Source: an uncultured virus (IMG/VR IMGVR_UViG_3300030707_000002) (Duplodnaviria; Heunggongvirae; Uroviricota; Caudoviricetes). From it: DNA of 64,000 nucleotides. Under the pieces are notes generated by a model. That model was not told where the DNA came from, made no database searches, and saw only the letters and a list, made by a program, of their open reading frames with translations. This document shows, one piece after another, positions 28,848 to 37,968 of the stretch. The translations under genes were made by a program, and so were the position numbers. The stretch is taken from the IMG/VR virus record IMGVR_UViG_3300030707_000002. One strand, 5' to 3'. Each line of letters opens with the position of its first letter. The stretch's first letter is position 1.

Positions 28848-28903
28848 GAGGTGATTGCCTCGTCGCAGGGCAGCTACGTGCTCGTTGACGAGGCACGGCA
28901 AGC
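28848..28903 (+). pseudogene. frameshifted remnant of a Phd/YefM antitoxin
   Basis: reads EVIASSQGSYVLV(+1)TRHGK versus EAVDSSQGSYVLVTRHGR in the intact gene at 54459-54659. Confidence 0.6.
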
Positions 28904-28916
28904 AGTGGCGCCACCC

Positions 28917-29324
28917 TCACCGACGGCTTCGTGATCGACGTCCACGTAATGTCGATCTCGACGCGAGATCTTCGCTGACTTCATCGTCGCTCGGCACCGC
29001 ACGCAATTGCCTCACAAGCGCTGGGACGTCTTCCGTAGCGGCTTCCCACACCACGTCGAGATCCACGTCCCAGTACTGGTGGATCACGATGTGTCTCATC
29101 CCGATGATCTGATTCCAGGGGATCGTCGGGTACTTCGCGCGGAAGGACGGCGACAACTGCGATGCAGCCTCACCCACGATGCCGACCTGACGGATGACCG
29201 CGTCCTGGATCATCGCGTCCCGTTTGCTGAGAAAATCGTCCTTGGCTACGCCGCGAGTGTATTCGCGGATACTGTCCGCCGCGATCAAGATGTCGTCGAC
29301 GAACGCCTCATCGGTTCGTTTCAC
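28917..29324 (-). CDS. hepT: HEPN (DUF86) ribonuclease toxin
   Basis: DAVIRQVGIVGEAA, IPWNQIIGMRHIVIHQY (Rx4HxY). Confidence 0.9.
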   Translation of the reverse strand: MKRTDEAFVDDILIAADSIREYTRGVAKDDFLSKRDAMIQDAVIRQVGIVGEAASQLSPSFRAKYPTIPWNQIIGMRHIVIHQYWDVDLDVVWEAATEDVPALVRQLRAVPSDDEVSEDLASRSTLRGRRSRSRR

Positions 29325-29818
29325 GCGAGCACCCCGGCGAGTCTCGCGCGACCATTTTCGTAAATCACGCGCTCGTCTTCGAGGATGGACTGCTTCCGGT
29401 GCGGATTCTTGCTGTTCTCGATCAGGGAACGCTTGATGAAGTCTACGCGGTGCCCGAACAGGTCCGCGAAAGCGTCGTTCGCTTCCGTGAAGCTTTTTAG
29501 CGTTTCGTGATGCCCTGGTTCGCGTTCGTACAGGATGTCTACGTCGCTCTGCGGCCCGAAGTCGTCGCGCACGACGGACCCGAAGAGCGACAGCCGCTTG
29601 ATGTGGTGCTTCTTGCAGATGCGCGCGAGGCGTCGCGGGTCGACGCGTGGCTTCGGTGTCTGGCCCTTCTTCGGAGACGCGGTCGGTGTCGACAGGACCG
29701 CGACGACGCGACCGTTGCGCAGAACCTCGATCGGGCCGTCCGCGTCGAGGGTGCGCAGGACGGTGAACAGTTCGCGGCGCAGTGAGCTCGCGTCTACCTG
29801 GGGCAGTGATCGGGCCAT
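29321..29818 (-). CDS. mntA: minimal nucleotidyltransferase antitoxin with N-terminal Phd/YefM-like domain
   Basis: LFGSVVRDDFGPQSDVD (GSx10DxD); N-terminus ASSLRRELFTVL...PIEVLRNGRVVAVL is Phd-like. Confidence 0.85.
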   Translation of the reverse strand: MARSLPQVDASSLRRELFTVLRTLDADGPIEVLRNGRVVAVLSTPTASPKKGQTPKPRVDPRRLARICKKHHIKRLSLFGSVVRDDFGPQSDVDILYEREPGHHETLKSFTEANDAFADLFGHRVDFIKRSLIENSKNPHRKQSILEDERVIYENGRARLAGVLA

Positions 29819-29824
29819 GCCAAA

Positions 29825-29866
29825 GTGTACATCGTTGGATGGTCCGTGCAAGCTATTGTGTACATC
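29825..29866. promoter_or_regulatory. Phd/YefM-type operator: two GTGTACATC boxes
   Basis: TGTACA palindromes at 29826-29831 and 29859-29864; the first overlaps the minus-strand TACACT -10. Confidence 0.65.
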
Positions 29867-29894
29867 TAGCGCGTCGTACGGCTGCTGCCTTCCT

Positions 29895-31397
29895 TCAGAG
29901 CACGGCTGCCGGCGCCGTTCCTGACCCCGGCGCGAGCGCGCTCAAGGCCGCGTTGAGCGCCGCCTCGGTCTCGCGCGTGTACTTGCCGCTGGTGTCGATC
30001 TGCGTGTCGGCGCTCGCCGCGTTCCACGCCTGCGCGAAGTTCTTCACGGACCGCGTCGCGTACTGCGGTGCCCCCGTGCGCCGCAAGGATCCGAGAAGAT
30101 CGAGCGCCATCGCCCGGAGCACATCGTCGTCCGAGTTGCCGACTCCGAGCATTCCGACGCACGGTCGCACCGTGACGAGGTTGCTGATAGGCCCGCCGAT
30201 CGGCATCGCTCGCTCGAGATTGAGCAGGTACAGGCCCCCGTCGGCGCCGCGAATCGCAACCGGGCCGCCACCGGATTGGCTGAGGGTGGCCTGCGCCGCT
30301 GCTCGGAGCTGCGCTGGGAAACTGATCGGATCTCCCCAGCTCGCGCACGCGACCTCGCTTGGTGCCACGACGATATAGGGCCACCACGGACCGCCCCAGC
30401 CTCGCCCTCCGCCCCAGCCGCGGAAGGGTCGACCGCCGCCGTGCCAGCCCCCTCGTCCTCCACCACGACCTCCGCCCCCGTGACCGCCCCCACCGTGACC
30501 GCCGTGATCGAGGTCGCCGACGCCCGCGGTCGTTCCGGCGGGCTGCGGGTAGGGTCCGTATCCACTGGTCGGTGATGTGGGCATGGGTGCCTCGGAGGGT
30601 GTCGCTGTTTGCGATTTCTGGAGATTCAAACTGTCCAGCGATGGGGGGGTGCGCGTTTCGACATGGGGGACACCACTGGTGTTGGTGCCAGGTAGGCGGG
30701 ATTCAATTCTTTTGGCAGCCGCTCCGGCGCCAAATAAATTCAGCCACCCGACCAAGATGACGTTTCGGATGGGGATGATCGACCCCTCCAAGACGGCCTG
30801 AAACGCGTGGACCCAGTGCGGTCCAATCTCGGTCCTGTCCTTGAACCCGTCCGTGCGCGATGACCACAACGTCTTCGTCCCTTGGACGACGACGAGATTC
30901 CCGTCGTCCTGGAGCACGAGTCGGGCACCGGGGTGACCGCTCGTGCTCGTAGACCACAACGCTCTCAATTTTTTCCCGGCCAGTACCTGTCTCGACGAGA
31001 GCTTGTTGCCTGGGGCCACGTCGTCCGTGGCGTACGCGGGGTCCTCGTAGACGACGAAGTTTCCGTCCGGCTGCATCGTGGCGCGCGTCGCAAACCCCTT
31101 CCAGAGGGTGTACGCCGACCAGATTGGCTTGATGTTGCTCGGGTTGCGTATGTCGTAAAGGACCGGGTTCGAATCCGCCGCCTGAACGATGAAAACGGCC
31201 GTCCTCGACGGGTTGGCCAGCGGTTGTCCGATCGTCAGCGATTGGCCGGAGTCGAGCGTTCCGCCGAGGACAGGGGATACGTCCGGGGGCGCGCCGAGCC
31301 GACCCGGATCGGGGTCCCACCACTCGCACTGGCCTGGAGGGCAGACGCGCTCGCCCATGCCGAACGCGATGGGGCGGCCATGCCTGGCGATGTTCAT
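29895..31397 (-). CDS. putative virion protein with bulb-type (GNA) lectin domain and C-terminal peptidoglycan-binding-like helices
   Basis: MQPDGNFVVY and LQDDGNLVVV (QxDxNxVxY); N-terminal HGRPIAFGMG; VKNFAQAWN...SGKYTRETEAAL; ATGA-coupled. Confidence 0.75.
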   Translation of the reverse strand: MNIARHGRPIAFGMGERVCPPGQCEWWDPDPGRLGAPPDVSPVLGGTLDSGQSLTIGQPLANPSRTAVFIVQAADSNPVLYDIRNPSNIKPIWSAYTLWKGFATRATMQPDGNFVVYEDPAYATDDVAPGNKLSSRQVLAGKKLRALWSTSTSGHPGARLVLQDDGNLVVVQGTKTLWSSRTDGFKDRTEIGPHWVHAFQAVLEGSIIPIRNVILVGWLNLFGAGAAAKRIESRLPGTNTSGVPHVETRTPPSLDSLNLQKSQTATPSEAPMPTSPTSGYGPYPQPAGTTAGVGDLDHGGHGGGGHGGGGRGGGRGGWHGGGRPFRGWGGGRGWGGPWWPYIVVAPSEVACASWGDPISFPAQLRAAAQATLSQSGGGPVAIRGADGGLYLLNLERAMPIGGPISNLVTVRPCVGMLGVGNSDDDVLRAMALDLLGSLRRTGAPQYATRSVKNFAQAWNAASADTQIDTSGKYTRETEAALNAALSALAPGSGTAPAAVL

Positions 31398-31801
31398 TGC
31401 AGCCCCCATCCAGGAACCGATCGGCCGCTCCGTCGAATCGCGCCGCCAACGCCGAAGAGACTGCCGCTCCCGCCGCCGAAGAGGCTGCTGATCTCCGAGG
31501 CGGTGGTGGCGACGTTCGAGGCGAGTTTGACAGCGTTCGAGGCGGTGTTGACCACGTTGGGGGCGGGCGCCGGGGCAGGCGCTGCGGTCACCGGCTTGGG
31601 TGTCGGCGCCGGCGCCGGCGCCGGTGCGGCAGTCGCAGGGTGGGGTGCCGGTGCGGTCGCTGCGGGTGCCGGTGCGGGAGGTAGCAATCCCGCAGGCGCA
31701 GGAGACGAGCTGCCTGTGGGTCGGGTGGCCATCCAGTAGATCCCCCCTCCGACCGCAGCGATTCCCAGCACGGCCACCGCAATGACGGCACCCTCGCTCA
31801 T
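31394..31801 (-). CDS. small membrane protein with Pro/Ala linker
   Basis: N-terminal TM AVIAVAVLGIAAVGGGIYW; ATGA coupling on both sides. Confidence 0.65.
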   Translation of the reverse strand: MSEGAVIAVAVLGIAAVGGGIYWMATRPTGSSSPAPAGLLPPAPAPAATAPAPHPATAAPAPAPAPTPKPVTAAPAPAPAPNVVNTASNAVKLASNVATTASEISSLFGGGSGSLFGVGGAIRRSGRSVPGWGLQ

Positions 31802-33192
31802 GGCGACGTTCCTGCCGCCGGCGAGGACTTCTTTTTCTTTCCGCCGTTCGCCGAGATCGCTGCGACCGTCCCCCCGACCACCGCCACCACCGCGACGCCG
31901 ATGCCGACCTTCGCGAGGGTGGATAGACCGCCCGAGGGGGCTGTCGTTGTGGGCGACTGAGAACCGTCCGCCGGAGCGGAACCGTCCGTCGGAGCGGGAG
32001 AACCATCGGACGAAGCGGGCGAACCGTCCGACGGAGTGGTGGAATCGTCCGGTTGGGGCGTGTCCATCACGGTCTGATGCGCTGCCCACCACGCGGGCTG
32101 AAATCCCCACTCGCGTCTCCATCGACGGGCCCCGAACCACACGGGTCGAGCGCCCCACTCGGGCCGCCATTGGGTGGCGCCGAACCCTGCGGGCCGGGTG
32201 CCCCACTCGGGCCGCCACGCGTGCGCGAGGACCGCTTCGTGGGCGGCGGCGCGGATGGCGGTGGAGACTACAGGGTGACGAGGGTGAGCAAACCGGGAGC
32301 CGGCGCGAAGCACGGAGGCTTCGGCGCCGAGCCGCGCGAGTCTGTGCACTTGAGCGGGGGGCGTTCCGGGGGGTGCGACGACGCGCGCGGCACCGGTCGC
32401 GGCGGCTTGGATCGAGCCCTGCACGGCGGGATGCGGCGCCTGCGGGCGCCCTTTGACGGCCGCCTGCGCCGCATTGTGGATCTGCGCCACGTTCGTGGGG
32501 GCTGGGGGAGCGACGTCGCCGACCCCGCTGAGGGTTTGGCCCGGATCGGGCTCCCATTGCCGCGGGCAGCATCCGCTGACGCCCACGTCGCGGTCGCCGG
32601 TGCCGAGGCGATCCGCGATCGAGGCGCGCGGGCCCGGATCCGGTCCCCACGGGCGAGGCGGACACACGTACGGAAGGGTTGGGCAAAAGTTCTCACCCAC
32701 GCCGAACGAGACGGGACGGCCGTTTAGGAAGACTGTGTCCATTGAATACTCCTTGGTGGGGTGCGGCGCAGATTCGTCGGGAAGGTCGGTGCAGAGAGGA
32801 TCTCCCGGCGCGCATGGGGTTGCGGGTTTCCCGTTGGACCCCACGCCGGCCACGGACGGTGATTCCTCCCCCCACCCGTCCGGTGGATCGGCGACGGGGA
32901 TCTTCTTGCCGGTCGCGTTGACCGTGGTCGGAACAAATACGCTGGTCCCCTTGTGAGGCGTCGAGGGCCAGTCGGGGTGGGCGCCGTACCAAGAGTGTGT
33001 TTGAATTTGTGCGATGACGGGATGACCGTCGACGACGTCGGTGATGATGGTCCCGAGCGGGTAGTGGAGCATGTCGATGCTCCATTTCGTGAGCGCGGCC
33101 GATCCGGGCCACGGCCAGGAAGCAACGGGGCCGGGGATGGGGGGCAGGGAGTCGCCGAACTTGTACGTTTTCTGCGGCTGTTTGGCGATCAT
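31798..33192 (-). CDS. multi-module low-complexity membrane protein (putative virion)
   Basis: internal NGRPVSFGVG motif; three WRxEWG repeats; DGS repeats; C-terminal TM followed by KKKK. Confidence 0.65.
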   Translation of the reverse strand: MIAKQPQKTYKFGDSLPPIPGPVASWPWPGSAALTKWSIDMLHYPLGTIITDVVDGHPVIAQIQTHSWYGAHPDWPSTPHKGTSVFVPTTVNATGKKIPVADPPDGWGEESPSVAGVGSNGKPATPCAPGDPLCTDLPDESAPHPTKEYSMDTVFLNGRPVSFGVGENFCPTLPYVCPPRPWGPDPGPRASIADRLGTGDRDVGVSGCCPRQWEPDPGQTLSGVGDVAPPAPTNVAQIHNAAQAAVKGRPQAPHPAVQGSIQAAATGAARVVAPPGTPPAQVHRLARLGAEASVLRAGSRFAHPRHPVVSTAIRAAAHEAVLAHAWRPEWGTRPAGFGATQWRPEWGARPVWFGARRWRREWGFQPAWWAAHQTVMDTPQPDDSTTPSDGSPASSDGSPAPTDGSAPADGSQSPTTTAPSGGLSTLAKVGIGVAVVAVVGGTVAAISANGGKKKKSSPAAGTSP

Positions 33193-33268
33193 GGCGTTCT
33201 TTATGGTACCTTTTTGCTACAGTGAAGGTCAGCGGTTTTTTGCGGGCAGTCTCCCGCGATGCAAAACC

Positions 33269-33583
33269 TTATGAGCGATCCTCGGCGTTGTTGCCGAGGC
33301 CCCGTTGAAGCCACGCAGCCCAACCGAGGACAAACGCCTCGATCGCGAGTGAGCCAGCAACCGCGTTTCTGATTACGTGCTCGCGTTCGCCGGCGATGAG
33401 CAGTCCCGTTCCGACAAGCGCCGCACGGACGAGCGTGTGTCCGACGGCGATCGGCAACGCGCTGAGGTCGCCGCCGACCAGGGCAGCGGCACTCGAGCCG
33501 GACGGCAGCGCGGCAGGGCATTCGGGAGGCTGGCCAAGAGCGAAGCCGGCGACGGGTCGGCCACCGCGCGAGATGGTGTTCAT
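33269..33583 (-). CDS. small membrane protein
   Basis: N-terminal GGRPVAGFALG; two hydrophobic helices; ATGA-coupled. Confidence 0.65.
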   Translation of the reverse strand: MNTISRGGRPVAGFALGQPPECPAALPSGSSAAALVGGDLSALPIAVGHTLVRAALVGTGLLIAGEREHVIRNAVAGSLAIEAFVLGWAAWLQRGLGNNAEDRS

Positions 33584-34458
33584 GATCGAAAGACCTCTAC
33601 GGAATCGTTTGGCTTGAAGTGCCACGTCCCCTGGCTTTGAACTTGAACCTCAACGGATCGCGCTCCTTCAACGCGTCTCACCGAAAGGATACGGTAACGA
33701 CGAGATCCCTTCTCGCCTCGAACGAGATCGCCTGGCTTCAGATCTTTGGCGCTAACAGTTTTGCCTTCCCCTTCTCGGACCGCCGACAGGCGCTGCGGTG
33801 CGCGTCTCATCGTGGCGATCCAGTAGATCGATCCGCCGAGTGCGAGGATCCCCAACGCGGCAGCCGCCGCAACCGCCGGCCGCTGGAGCGTCTCGAGCAC
33901 ACTGCTCACAGGGGTCGTCGGGGCGATCGGCGGCTTGCTCGCGATCTCGGAGAGCACGGCCGCTCTCCACCGCGCGAACTCACTCGCGGTCGGGTGGATC
34001 CCGTCGCGGAGCTGCAGGTTGAGCGTGCGCGAGTCGAAGTACCGATCGCCTAGCACGGACTGGAGATGGGCCGGTGCTGCGCCGTCCTTCCCGCGAATCG
34101 ACGGCGGTCCCACCCAGAGGGTCGACGCACCGGCGGCCTCGATGGCTTTCACGATCGCGGTCGGGTCGGGCTTGCTGTCGTAGTCGTTCGAGCCGAGGAA
34201 GACGATCACAGTATCGCCTCTCGAAATGCCGAGCGTCGGCACGATGGCCGCGAACTCGGACGTGTGTGCCCCGACCTTGCAGTGGACGCGCGCGGGCGTG
34301 CCGTTGAGATCGATGGTTTTGGTGGTCAGGTTCGGGGCACCGGTGGCGCCGCATGCCTGCGAGTCGCCGATGACAAAGAGATGCGGCGTCACTTCATCAA
34401 GACCGAAGCCGACGGTTCGGTTTCCGGCGAACGAGATGGATTCTGCGAGGTGCATCAC
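33580..34458 (-). CDS. SGNH/GDSL hydrolase-like membrane protein
   Basis: IGDSQ, LGSND and DGIHP blocks; TM; C-terminal small beta domain (DLKPGDLV). Confidence 0.75.
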   Translation of the reverse strand: MMHLAESISFAGNRTVGFGLDEVTPHLFVIGDSQACGATGAPNLTTKTIDLNGTPARVHCKVGAHTSEFAAIVPTLGISRGDTVIVFLGSNDYDSKPDPTAIVKAIEAAGASTLWVGPPSIRGKDGAAPAHLQSVLGDRYFDSRTLNLQLRDGIHPTASEFARWRAAVLSEIASKPPIAPTTPVSSVLETLQRPAVAAAAALGILALGGSIYWIATMRRAPQRLSAVREGEGKTVSAKDLKPGDLVRGEKGSRRYRILSVRRVEGARSVEVQVQSQGTWHFKPNDSVEVFRS

Positions 34459-34465
34459 GTTCCTC

Positions 34466-35263
34466 TTACGTCGCCGCCGCAGGTACGCGTTGCAGTGCCG
34501 GCACGCGTCGCGCGGGTCGGCTAGTCAGGGTGACCGCTCCCCAGGCCACGACTCCGGCAGCGGCCACGATCGCGATCCCCGTCAGGATCGGTCGCAGCTT
34601 GATCGGTCGACGGACGAGCGGGATCCCGGTCGCGACCCGTTCCTTCGTGCCGTCGAGCATGGCGTTGATTTTGCCGGTGATGTCCGCCTTCGTGATGTAG
34701 CCCTTGTGCGTGCTGTCGAATCCGGCGTTTTGCGTGTAGATGGCGCTTCCTGTCCGGCCCATCACTGCGTCGTCGGACGCTCCGATGAACGCGGGGTAGA
34801 GGACGGCCAGGTAAGCGTCCGAAAGGCTCTTCATCTTGCCCGCGTGGGGCGCGAAGTAGCGCTCGACCAGCTTCATCTGCTGGGGGAAGCTCATCGCTTC
34901 GAGCTGCCGGATCGCCTCTTCCGGCGTGGACGTGCCGAGGAGGTTCTGGGCCGTCTTTGGCATGAACTGAATGAGGCCCGTTGCTCCCGACCCGGCCGCG
35001 TTCTTCTGGGTCGGGGAGAACGTTCCGCCGGTCTCGAAGTTGATGATGGTGGCGAGCCAGTCCGGTTCAATGCCGATAGTGTTGGCCGTCTCGGTGATGG
35101 ACTGCAGTTCGCTTACGGAGAGCTTCTTGATGCCTGGGAAGGCGGGGAGCGTTTCTTCGCCACCTTTGCTGCCGCTCCACCAGTTCCCGAGGCCCGGGGG
35201 CGGGACGACGCAACTGATGAGCGTCCGCGGCGGGGCGACGTCTTCCCACGAGCTGACGTGCAT
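34466..35263 (-). CDS. lytic transglycosylase (SLT-like) with C-terminal TM anchor
   Basis: INFETGGTFSP..KN..GSGATGLIQFMPKTA; YxQNAGFD; C-terminal hydrophobic helix. Confidence 0.88.
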   Translation of the reverse strand: MHVSSWEDVAPPRTLISCVVPPPGLGNWWSGSKGGEETLPAFPGIKKLSVSELQSITETANTIGIEPDWLATIINFETGGTFSPTQKNAAGSGATGLIQFMPKTAQNLLGTSTPEEAIRQLEAMSFPQQMKLVERYFAPHAGKMKSLSDAYLAVLYPAFIGASDDAVMGRTGSAIYTQNAGFDSTHKGYITKADITGKINAMLDGTKERVATGIPLVRRPIKLRPILTGIAIVAAAGVVAWGAVTLTSRPARRVPALQRVPAAAT

Positions 35264-35277
35264 CCGTCAACCCCTTT

Positions 35278-36276
35278 TCAGCCCCTCACGGGTCTGATTT
35301 CGACGCGCTTGTTCCAGCCGCGTCGGTCGGCTTGCTTCTCGTAGTGATCCTTGAGCCTCTCTGCTTCCGCTTGGGTGTTCGCGGGCGCGACCACTTCTGG
35401 ATGCGAAGACCCCTGGTTGAAGACGAGTACTTGGTACCCGATTACGCGTCGCGCCTCGCTGGCCGCAGGCAGTGCGGTTCGCGGCTTCTTCTTGCCGTAC
35501 GCCCCCGCGATCGCCGCCACGGTCCCACCGACCACCGCCGCTGCCGCGACGCCGATGCCGATCTTCATGGGCATGGGCAGGGTCGACAGAGCCGACAAGC
35601 AAAATACGGTGCCGGGGTACGGCGTCGGGAAGTCGGTCGCGTGCTGCCTTGTGACGGTCAGGAGCGCGCAGAGCGTGTCGCGGTCGAGCATCCCGTCGGT
35701 GCGCAGGCCCGGGTTCACGTTCGTGTTGAACCAGCCTTGGAAGCACGCGACCGCCGCGGGCTGCGCCTTGGTCGGGTCCGATGGCCAGGTTGCGCAGGGC
35801 TTGCTCCCGGCCTTGAGGATAAGCGCGTTGAGCTGCGTGAGGGTGGACAGCACCCACTGCGCCTCGGCGTCGGAGAGCTTGATTCCTGGTCCTGCGGCGG
35901 CTGCCGGTGCCTGCCCGAGCGTGCCGCTACGACGGACCGTCTCGCCGATGCCGCCAATGCCGGAGCTCATGAACCGGTTGCCGATGCAGAGCGAGTTCTG
36001 CGTCCACTGCGGCACGATGCGCCCTGCGTTGTCAGTGGCCTTATCGAGGACGTTGTCTTTCCACCAGCAGTCGGCCTTGCGAATGTCGCGGTCGGTCGGT
36101 CCTTGGATGGGGACATCGTCGATCCAATCGCCGTAGGTGCCGTCGTCGTGCATGATCTGAGCGGCTTGCCGGGGCGTTGGCGATCCCGGTTCGAGGACGC
36201 AGGCCTTGGGGACCAGGATCCGCGGAAACTCGCTGCATCCGCCTCCGCACCCGCCGACTCCGGTTGTCTTCGTCAT
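35278..36276 (-). CDS. membrane protein with peptidoglycan-binding-like motif
   Basis: FQGWFN...LRTDGMLDRDTLCAL; TM KIGIGVAAAAVVGGTVAAI followed by KKK; TGATG-coupled. Confidence 0.65.
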   Translation of the reverse strand: MTKTTGVGGCGGGCSEFPRILVPKACVLEPGSPTPRQAAQIMHDDGTYGDWIDDVPIQGPTDRDIRKADCWWKDNVLDKATDNAGRIVPQWTQNSLCIGNRFMSSGIGGIGETVRRSGTLGQAPAAAAGPGIKLSDAEAQWVLSTLTQLNALILKAGSKPCATWPSDPTKAQPAAVACFQGWFNTNVNPGLRTDGMLDRDTLCALLTVTRQHATDFPTPYPGTVFCLSALSTLPMPMKIGIGVAAAAVVGGTVAAIAGAYGKKKPRTALPAASEARRVIGYQVLVFNQGSSHPEVVAPANTQAEAERLKDHYEKQADRRGWNKRVEIRPVRG

Positions 36277-37262
36277 CAGGGCACGTCCTCTCCCAGATTC
36301 TCGTCGAAGACGAGCGACCCCGCAATCCGGCCGTACTGCGCGGTCGTGTTGAAGGCGGTCAGAAACTGGTCTTCGGACCCTGTGCCGAGCGCCGTAAACT
36401 GATTGGCCGACAGGTCGCTCGCGGCCGGGTTGGTCGACGGGTCGTTCTGCCGGACGCTCGCGAAGAACGCGATGTCGCACGGCAGCGGCACCGGGATGTC
36501 GAGCATCTGTTCGAGGTAGCCGGTACGCCAGCGGTACCGCATGTCGTGCATGTTGCCGAGGCTCACGCTCCCAAGCGGCTTGCCCCACGGCCGGCCGGCG
36601 TTCGGGGGCTTGTACGCGGTCGGCGCGAACTGCGGGCCTGCGATCGTTTCGTAGAGCATGCACGGCCCGTAGGCGTCGCGGAACTTCAGACTGTCCGCGT
36701 TCTGGACGTTGCGAGTCAGCATCCAGGTCTTCGGGATCATCACGATGTGCCAGGAGATGTTCCCGTCGGGCGGATGCCAGAGTGGACTCATGATCTCCTT
36801 ACGGAAGGTCCCGACATCCGAAACGGTTGCGGTGAGCTCCGCGTACATCCGGATGCCTGTCAGTCGCACCCCCTGCTCGCCGGAATTGAACTGCTCGCGA
36901 GCGAGCAAGAAGAGGTACCGGTACTGCGACGGGGGTGCTCCGGTCGGAACGAGCGTGGCCGTTGGCGTGGAGGGGACGAGGACGCCGGTACCGACGGGCG
37001 ATCCCCACGGGTCGCTGCCGAGCAGCGAGACAAACGGATCGATCGTCGCGGGGACGATCTCGTGGCGACCGGACCAGAGGCGCGTGCGGACTCCATAGCC
37101 GACCCCGTTCGGGTCGCGCTGCAGGTCGAGTAGCCTCACCTCCAAGTCGCCGCGCCGCCCCCTCGACGGCGGCACGATGGCTTTGGGGTCTGTCCCGTGC
37201 TGACCGACCCCGATGGGTTCGGCCTGCAGATCGGTTAGCTCCGCCGCCTGGTCGTCGCGCAT
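36276..37262 (-). CDS. beta-rich putative virion structural protein
   Basis: 328 aa, alternating hydrophobic strands; adjacent to capsid candidates. Confidence 0.6.
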   Translation of the reverse strand: MRDDQAAELTDLQAEPIGVGQHGTDPKAIVPPSRGRRGDLEVRLLDLQRDPNGVGYGVRTRLWSGRHEIVPATIDPFVSLLGSDPWGSPVGTGVLVPSTPTATLVPTGAPPSQYRYLFLLAREQFNSGEQGVRLTGIRMYAELTATVSDVGTFRKEIMSPLWHPPDGNISWHIVMIPKTWMLTRNVQNADSLKFRDAYGPCMLYETIAGPQFAPTAYKPPNAGRPWGKPLGSVSLGNMHDMRYRWRTGYLEQMLDIPVPLPCDIAFFASVRQNDPSTNPAASDLSANQFTALGTGSEDQFLTAFNTTAQYGRIAGSLVFDENLGEDVP

Positions 37263-37274
37263 CCGCTCATCCCC

Positions 37275-37871
37275 TTACGGTTTGAGCAGCTCGGCCAGAT
37301 CGGGGGACTCGATGCCGAGCTTTCTCAGCCGGCAGCGTGCGTCGGTATCGCTCATGTCGTCCATCACCTTGTCGAGGAATTGGAACCCGTTGAACAAAAT
37401 GTGTACGTCGTACGGTACGCTCACCGGCGTCTGGAAAAGGACCGCGGCGATTTTGATGTTACTTTGTTTGAAAATCACCCAGCCAGACGGCCACGTGAGC
37501 TTGATCACGTCAAACAGGTTTGCGAGCTCGACGGGTCCGTCGCTGATGGCGTACTTCGGCCCCCCGTAAACGTCGAGCTTGATGCCGACGCCGGTCTGGG
37601 CCTTGAGGTACGCGAAGTACAGGCTCTGGAACGGGCTCCCAGGGAACGAGTTCTGCTGGAACAGCGTAAACGACACGTTGTCGATGACGGTGTCCGAGAC
37701 GAGGTTGTTGTCGAAGCTCGTGATGATCGCGGGAGCATCGACTACGCTCGACGTGAACTGGATCGGGAGGTCCGCGACGAACGGCACCCGAGGAACGCCC
37801 GCGACCATCCCATACGCGATCCGTGGGGCATAGAGGGCAAGGTTGCGGATGTCGTGGTCTCGCGGCTGCAT
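37275..37871 (-). CDS. putative single jelly-roll structural protein (small capsid/penton-like)
   Basis: 198 aa; strand-like pattern throughout ending YDVHILFNGFQF; GGAGG RBS. Confidence 0.5.
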   Translation of the reverse strand: MQPRDHDIRNLALYAPRIAYGMVAGVPRVPFVADLPIQFTSSVVDAPAIITSFDNNLVSDTVIDNVSFTLFQQNSFPGSPFQSLYFAYLKAQTGVGIKLDVYGGPKYAISDGPVELANLFDVIKLTWPSGWVIFKQSNIKIAAVLFQTPVSVPYDVHILFNGFQFLDKVMDDMSDTDARCRLRKLGIESPDLAELLKP

Positions 37872-37906
37872 GAGCTTCCTCCGGAATCAACGTACCTCAA
37901 AATTGA

Positions 37907-37945
37907 AACGAGAGGCGCGGCGCTCTCGCGACCACGCCTCTCGTT
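37907..37945 (-). terminator. stem-loop downstream of the capsid candidate
   Basis: AACGAGAGGCG...CGCCTCTCGTT hairpin followed on the minus strand by TCAATTTT. Confidence 0.6.
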
Positions 37946-37968
37946 GATCCACTACGCGGTGATCGAGA

